Shown here: positions 59,517-64,000 of the stretch, piece by piece
How positions within the stretch are numbered: position 1 is the stretch's first letter
Layout: each line of letters starts with the position of its first letter
From: Bacteroidota bacterium
GTDB taxonomy: Bacteria; Bacteroidota; Bacteroidia; Cytophagales; Cytophagaceae
Assembly: GCA_023391415.1 (NCBI GenBank)
Contig: JAEWAY010000010.1
Location: forward strand, 8,363-72,362
Direction: 5' to 3'
DNA length: 64,000 bases
Translations under genes and position numbers: made by a program
The notes under the pieces: generated by a model
Told to the model about the DNA's origin: nothing
The model's database searches: none
What the model saw: the letters and a program-made list of their open reading frames with translations, nothing else

Positions 59517-60737
59517 ATGAAAATCAACCATTATTTTACTTTTATAGCGGTGGTCCTGGCCTCGCTATCCTATCGAAACGCGTATTGTGACGATCACTCC
59601 CTTTCCGACAGTAGCTGGATAAGTTTTATTACCTGTGGTTCGGGCGATGAACTCTATTCCACTTTTGGTCACTCCGCTGTACGCGTCCATGATCCTGAAA
59701 ACGGAATGGACCTGGTCTTTAATTATGGCACGTTTGATTTTGGTGATCCTGAATTCTACTCCAAGTTTGTCCGGGGAAAACTAAATTATTTTCTGTCTGT
59801 AGCCCATTTTGAGGACTTTCTCGAAGATTATATGTGGGAAAACCGATCTGTATATGAGCAGGTGCTGAATCTTTCGACCGATGATCGAAACAAAGTGTTT
59901 GAATATCTGAAGGAAAACTATAAGGAAGAAAACCGCTTCTATCTGTATGATTTCTTTTTTGACAACTGCTCTACACGAGAGCTGGATATACTGGAAGATG
60001 TCTTAAATACCCGGCTGATACTCCCTCCTTACGCGCGGAATATTACCGACAGTTCTTTTCGTCAGTTGACGGACCCTTATCTGATCAACATGCCATGGTC
60101 CGATTTCGGCATCGACCTGGGACTTGGCAGCCCTACCGACCATAAAGCCACCTTTGTGGAGTACGCGTATCTACCCGATAAACTAAGGGATCTGATCTCA
60201 GTGGCCCGGATACAACACGGCGATACTATGGCGCCACTGGTAAAAGAGAGCCGCTATCTGTTTCAGAGCGTCGCGGGCCACAGCGGTTCTTCAGGCATAT
60301 CCATCAGCGATCCTCTGAGCTGCGCGTTGATTCTTCTGGGCTTAGGCATAATATATACTTTGTATACAATACGAAAGGAGCTATACTGGTCCTGGTTCGA
60401 CATCATATTATTCCTGATTGTGGGACTTACTGGTTGTCTACTAGCCTTTTTGTGGTTCGGGACTGACCATACCGCGACTATCTGGAATTACAATCTTCTC
60501 TGGGCGCCGCCTACCCATGTTTTATTCGCTTTATTTCTGAAAAAGATTCGTTATAGTTCCTTGGGACGCTACTATTTGCTGATAACCATAGCCGGATGTC
60601 TTGCCGCGATACTGGTCCGAATAGCAGGAATACAGCTTATACATACAGCGACATGGCCACTTATGGCGCTTATTATACTGCGATCGGTCGTAATGTTGTA
60701 TGGAAGATCAAAAAAACCACGCGATCGCTACTATTGA
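59517..60737 (+). CDS. DUF4105 domain membrane protein (Lnb-like)
   Basis: DELYSTFGHSAVRVHDPENGMDLVFNYGTFDF matches the DUF4105 N-terminal domain. C-terminal multi-TM region. Confidence 0.7.
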   Translation: MKINHYFTFIAVVLASLSYRNAYCDDHSLSDSSWISFITCGSGDELYSTFGHSAVRVHDPENGMDLVFNYGTFDFGDPEFYSKFVRGKLNYFLSVAHFEDFLEDYMWENRSVYEQVLNLSTDDRNKVFEYLKENYKEENRFYLYDFFFDNCSTRELDILEDVLNTRLILPPYARNITDSSFRQLTDPYLINMPWSDFGIDLGLGSPTDHKATFVEYAYLPDKLRDLISVARIQHGDTMAPLVKESRYLFQSVAGHSGSSGISISDPLSCALILLGLGIIYTLYTIRKELYWSWFDIILFLIVGLTGCLLAFLWFGTDHTATIWNYNLLWAPPTHVLFALFLKKIRYSSLGRYYLLITIAGCLAAILVRIAGIQLIHTATWPLMALIILRSVVMLYGRSKKPRDRYY

Positions 60738-60825
60738 AATAGCTGATAAACCTATATCCGTAAAAAAGTATTTTGACAGAATAACTTAAAAAACACGATG
60801 ATCAATAGTTATTATCCTATTGTAA

Positions 60826-61116
60826 ATGACTATGTTTTACTATGGTGTTTTTTTGTTGTGTGAGAAAGGGGTAATAGTCGCTGTCACATTATATGTAACG
60901 ACAGAAACACGCTGAGACATAATTAAAAAAGTTGAACTATATAGACAAGAGATAGGTAAACTGCCTGAGAGTGTAACTGAAGTGGGAATTAACGATAACC
61001 AAGACCATCTATCTTTTTACATTAAGAAAAGCGAAGTTGAATATGAAGTTTGGTACGGCTTGGACTTAGAGACTTCCAAAATTTATACCTCACAGAAATG
61101 GAGAAAAGAAGGCTAA
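60826..61116 (+). pseudogene. small membrane-anchored protein gene interrupted by one in-frame TGA
   Basis: ATG at 60826 gives MTMFYYGVFLLCEKGVIVAVTLYVTTETR. A TGA follows at 60913-60915. The same frame then continues DIIKKVELYRQEIGKLPESVTEVG...KWRKEG to a TAA at 61114-61116. Confidence 0.35.
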
Positions 61117-61466
61117 GCATATTCCTTTTTTTATTTTCTCTTCTCCTACCTTCTTGTAGAGTGAAAGAGAAAGAATTTGACAAACATACTTGGAGTGAAA
61201 TAGATGACATTATGTATGCCAATAGAGAAAGTATGGTTGCAGACTTAATGGAAAACCACCTACGACAGGGAATGACTGTTAAAGAAGTTGTTGAACTATT
61301 GGGAATACCAGAAAATTACGCGAATATCAAATCAAAAACAATCGGCTATGAGATTATGGTAGATTATGATTGGGATATTGACCCAGTTAAAGGCAAGACA
61401 CTTTACATTGAATTGACTAACGATTCAATAGTGAAAGACTTTAGACTAGAGAAATGGAAGCGTTGA
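61098..61466 (+). CDS. small lipoprotein
   Basis: MEKRRLSIFLFLFSLLLPSC lipobox. Preferred over the upstream-extended start in the ORF track. Confidence 0.5.
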   Translation: MEKRRLSIFLFLFSLLLPSCRVKEKEFDKHTWSEIDDIMYANRESMVADLMENHLRQGMTVKEVVELLGIPENYANIKSKTIGYEIMVDYDWDIDPVKGKTLYIELTNDSIVKDFRLEKWKR

Positions 61467-62083
61467 AAGAAAAACCAGTACACAACAGCGGCTACCCGAA
61501 AGTGGCGGGGATAGTAATTACACTATAACCCCGCTTCATAGATTCCTTAAAAATATATGATTGGCTTTCAATTTGAAACACGTTCAGAAGGACAGTTAAA
61601 TGAACTTGAATTTTTCAGAATGAGCTACAAAAATCTTTTGACGTTTTTATAAACTCATTTGGAAACACGACAAGCACAACAAAAGGGAATGAAGGTTTTA
61701 ATAATTATGAATGACGACTAACGACATTCAAACCGTTCATTTTGTTTTTGACAAAATTTTGCCCCGAAGAAGGTATGAGATTCATGAACCCATAATGATC
61801 GCTAAATTGACCATTCAATGTAGAAGCAACGCCTGAATCGCCAACAACGGCTTTCTTCCATTGATTCCCGCGTGCTCCCATCCAGGAGAAAAAGACCGAT
61901 TGAGCCTCTGTATTAAGTCAGTTGGTCATAAGACCAACTGAGGCGGGAGTATCATCATTAGAATACTTTATAATAAAAACCGAATTCAATATATTTCCAC
62001 TTATTAATCAAAGGACATTCAATCGCGAAAATTAATATTGACAAATGGTGAAGTCATCGAACTGCAAGCATAGATAGACACAC

Positions 62084-62111
62084 AAAAGGCTGCCTTTCAG
62101 GCAGCCTTTTT
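62084..62111 (-). terminator. bidirectional intrinsic terminator after the efflux operon
   Basis: AAGGCTGCCT-ttc-AGGCAGCCTT with flanking A and T tracts. Confidence 0.65.
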
Positions 62112-62139
62112 CCAATTTCAATAAATACTGACTTTCTAA

Positions 62140-63582
62140 TTACTGCCAGCCACCACCAAGCGCTCTGTACAGATTGATTATCTCTACAAACTGATCTTTT
62201 CGGGTATTGGTCAATTCCATATTAGCCTGGAGTACATTGCGCTGCGCCATGATTACTTCCAGATAGGAAGCGTAGCCCGCTGTAAACAGGTCGTTGGAAA
62301 TAGAGATAGCTCCCGCCAATTCATCCACTTCCGCCTTTTTATACTCATATGATTCCGCGTAGTTTTTAATAGCCTCTATACTTGTATATACCTCTTCAAA
62401 AGCGCTAAGGACCGTTTTTTCATACTGGGCCAGTTCCGTATGTCCTTCAGCGATCCGTTGTTTATAGGCGGATTTTAATTCGTATCGATTGAGCAATGGC
62501 GTAGTCAATCCTCCTACTACATGATACGCCAGGGACGCGGGCGCGTCAAAAAACACTCCGGTCCGGAAAGCGTTAAGTCCCGCGTTGGCGGAAATACTCA
62601 GCGATGGATAAAACGCCGCTCTAGCGGCGGCAATATCCTCTTTCGCCGCTATTAAATTGAATTCCGCTTGGCGGATATCCGGCCGATTGAGCAATAGTTC
62701 GGATGGAAAACCTGTCGCGATCTGTCCGGGCAATTCCTGTCTGTCGATAGATTCTCCGCGTTCGATAGGCTGAGGAAGTCTACCCAGCAACCGATTTAAC
62801 AGATTTTCGGTATAAACAATTTGTTGCTTTACTCTGGCTCCAAGACTGCGAGTATTCTGCAGTTGAGCGGCAAATTGCTTTACGGCAAGCTCGGTAGCCC
62901 GTCCAGCTTCCTTTTGCAAGACTACCACTTCCAAGCCATTTTCCTGTAAGCGTATATTTTCCCGGATAATCTCCAACTCATTATCATAAGCCAGCAATTC
63001 ATAATACAACGAAGCGATTTCCGCTATAAGCGAAGTTTTTACCAGACGCGTACCACTTTCGCTGGCAAGGAGTCTCGCGGCGGCGGCTCGTTTTCTTTTT
63101 CTTAGCTTACCCCAAAGATCAATTTCCCAGGCAGTTTTGAGTCCCGCGAAATAATCGGGTACGGGATTAGGAATAAGCCTGTCACCATCAACATATTCCG
63201 AGAAATTAGTATCGTAATTGCCAACTCCATCGATGGTATAGTCTCCAAATCTCCTCAATCCTCCGGCCAGATCCAGATCCAGATTGGGAAACAGCGCTCT
63301 TTTCGCGATAAAACGACCGGCTTCAGCCATTCTGACGCGTTGCAACGCGATAATCATATCCGGATTATTCTGAAGCCCTTCTTCAATCAAGGACCGCAAT
63401 CTCGTATCCTGAAAAAAGTCCGTCCACTTGATCGTAGCCACCGAAGCCAGACTATCTTCCTCTCCATAGGACTCCGGAATCGGTATTTTCGAAGAAAGCG
63501 CGCCAGGTGCTCCGATTTTGCAACCAGTCATACTCGCCGCGATCATACATCCAACAAGCAACAATCGTTTGCTGTAATTCAT
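62140..63582 (-). CDS. efflux transporter outer-membrane factor lipoprotein (TolC/NodT family)
   Basis: Lipobox (SMTGC), two TolC-like repeat halves, C-terminal LYRALGGGW motif. Confidence 0.9.
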   Translation of the reverse strand: MNYSKRLLLVGCMIAASMTGCKIGAPGALSSKIPIPESYGEEDSLASVATIKWTDFFQDTRLRSLIEEGLQNNPDMIIALQRVRMAEAGRFIAKRALFPNLDLDLAGGLRRFGDYTIDGVGNYDTNFSEYVDGDRLIPNPVPDYFAGLKTAWEIDLWGKLRKRKRAAAARLLASESGTRLVKTSLIAEIASLYYELLAYDNELEIIRENIRLQENGLEVVVLQKEAGRATELAVKQFAAQLQNTRSLGARVKQQIVYTENLLNRLLGRLPQPIERGESIDRQELPGQIATGFPSELLLNRPDIRQAEFNLIAAKEDIAAARAAFYPSLSISANAGLNAFRTGVFFDAPASLAYHVVGGLTTPLLNRYELKSAYKQRIAEGHTELAQYEKTVLSAFEEVYTSIEAIKNYAESYEYKKAEVDELAGAISISNDLFTAGYASYLEVIMAQRNVLQANMELTNTRKDQFVEIINLYRALGGGWQ

Positions 63583-63620
63583 TACCCTTCTATATTTAAC
63601 TAATTTGAAAAAACTAAAAC

Positions 63621-64000
63621 TTAAACGATTTCGTCCCTCTTCATTTTACCCGCTCTCTTTTTCTCTCCGATAGAGGCCAGCAATACAAATAATCCCGGAA
63701 TCAAAATCACTCCAAAAATGGTTCCTGTAACCATTCCGCCAATGGCTGTAATCCCAATCGACTGATTTCCGATAGCGCCGGCTCCAGAGGCGAAACCCAA
63801 GGGAATAAGGCCGGCTATAAACGCGAACGAAGTCATCAAGATCGGACGCAAACGGGAGACCGCGCCCTCTTTGGCCGCTTCTAGCACAGAGAGTCCTTCC
63901 TTACTACGCTGAATGGCGAACTCCACAATCAAAATAGCGTTTTTACCTAATAAGCCTATAAGCATGATAAGCGCCACCTGCGCGTAAATATTGTTTTCCA
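63621..64000 (-). CDS. RND efflux permease (AcrB-like), C-terminal part; the gene continues beyond the window
   Basis: The frame is open to the window edge. The sequence is typical of the last TM helices of RND pumps (LIGLLGKNAILIVEFA...VSRLRPILMTSFAFI). Confidence 0.85.
   Translation of the reverse strand, partial: ENNIYAQVALIMLIGLLGKNAILIVEFAIQRSKEGLSVLEAAKEGAVSRLRPILMTSFAFIAGLIPLGFASGAGAIGNQSIGITAIGGMVTGTIFGVILIPGLFVLLASIGEKKRAGKMKRDEIV

Overview
This is a Bacteroidota-like chromosomal segment of about 42% GC. Supporting signs are a T9SS C-terminal sorting domain, DUF4834 and DUF4105 proteins, little Shine-Dalgarno signal, and 46-nt GTTGTGATTTGCTTTCA-type CRISPR repeats. Most of the window is housekeeping: a partial PfkB kinase, tRNA-Val, htpG, polA, carB, accD, class I and class II FBA, peroxiredoxins, and an RND efflux operon end.

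The stand-out region is 25.0-38.8 kb, a type II-C-style CRISPR-Cas locus. It has cas9 (1541 aa), cas1 and cas2 on the minus strand and no csn2 or cas4. Two same-orientation arrays flank the operon:
- Array 1 has 48 identical repeats and 47 spacers.
- Array 2 has 14 repeat units whose central 11 nt differ from array 1.

Array 2 is a mosaic:
- A complete yefM-yoeB toxin-antitoxin cassette with its own TGTACA-N6-TGTACA operator sits inside a split CRISPR repeat.
- A nucleotidyltransferase pair and a 105-aa ORF are each bracketed by repeat remnants.

I also identify two RNA-level elements near cas9:
- A textbook-looking tracrRNA on the minus strand, about 0.7 kb upstream of cas9.
- A separate 15-nt perfect repeat/anti-repeat element about 50 nt upstream of the cas9 start codon.

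All calls come from reading the sequence and recalling family motifs. No database searches were run.
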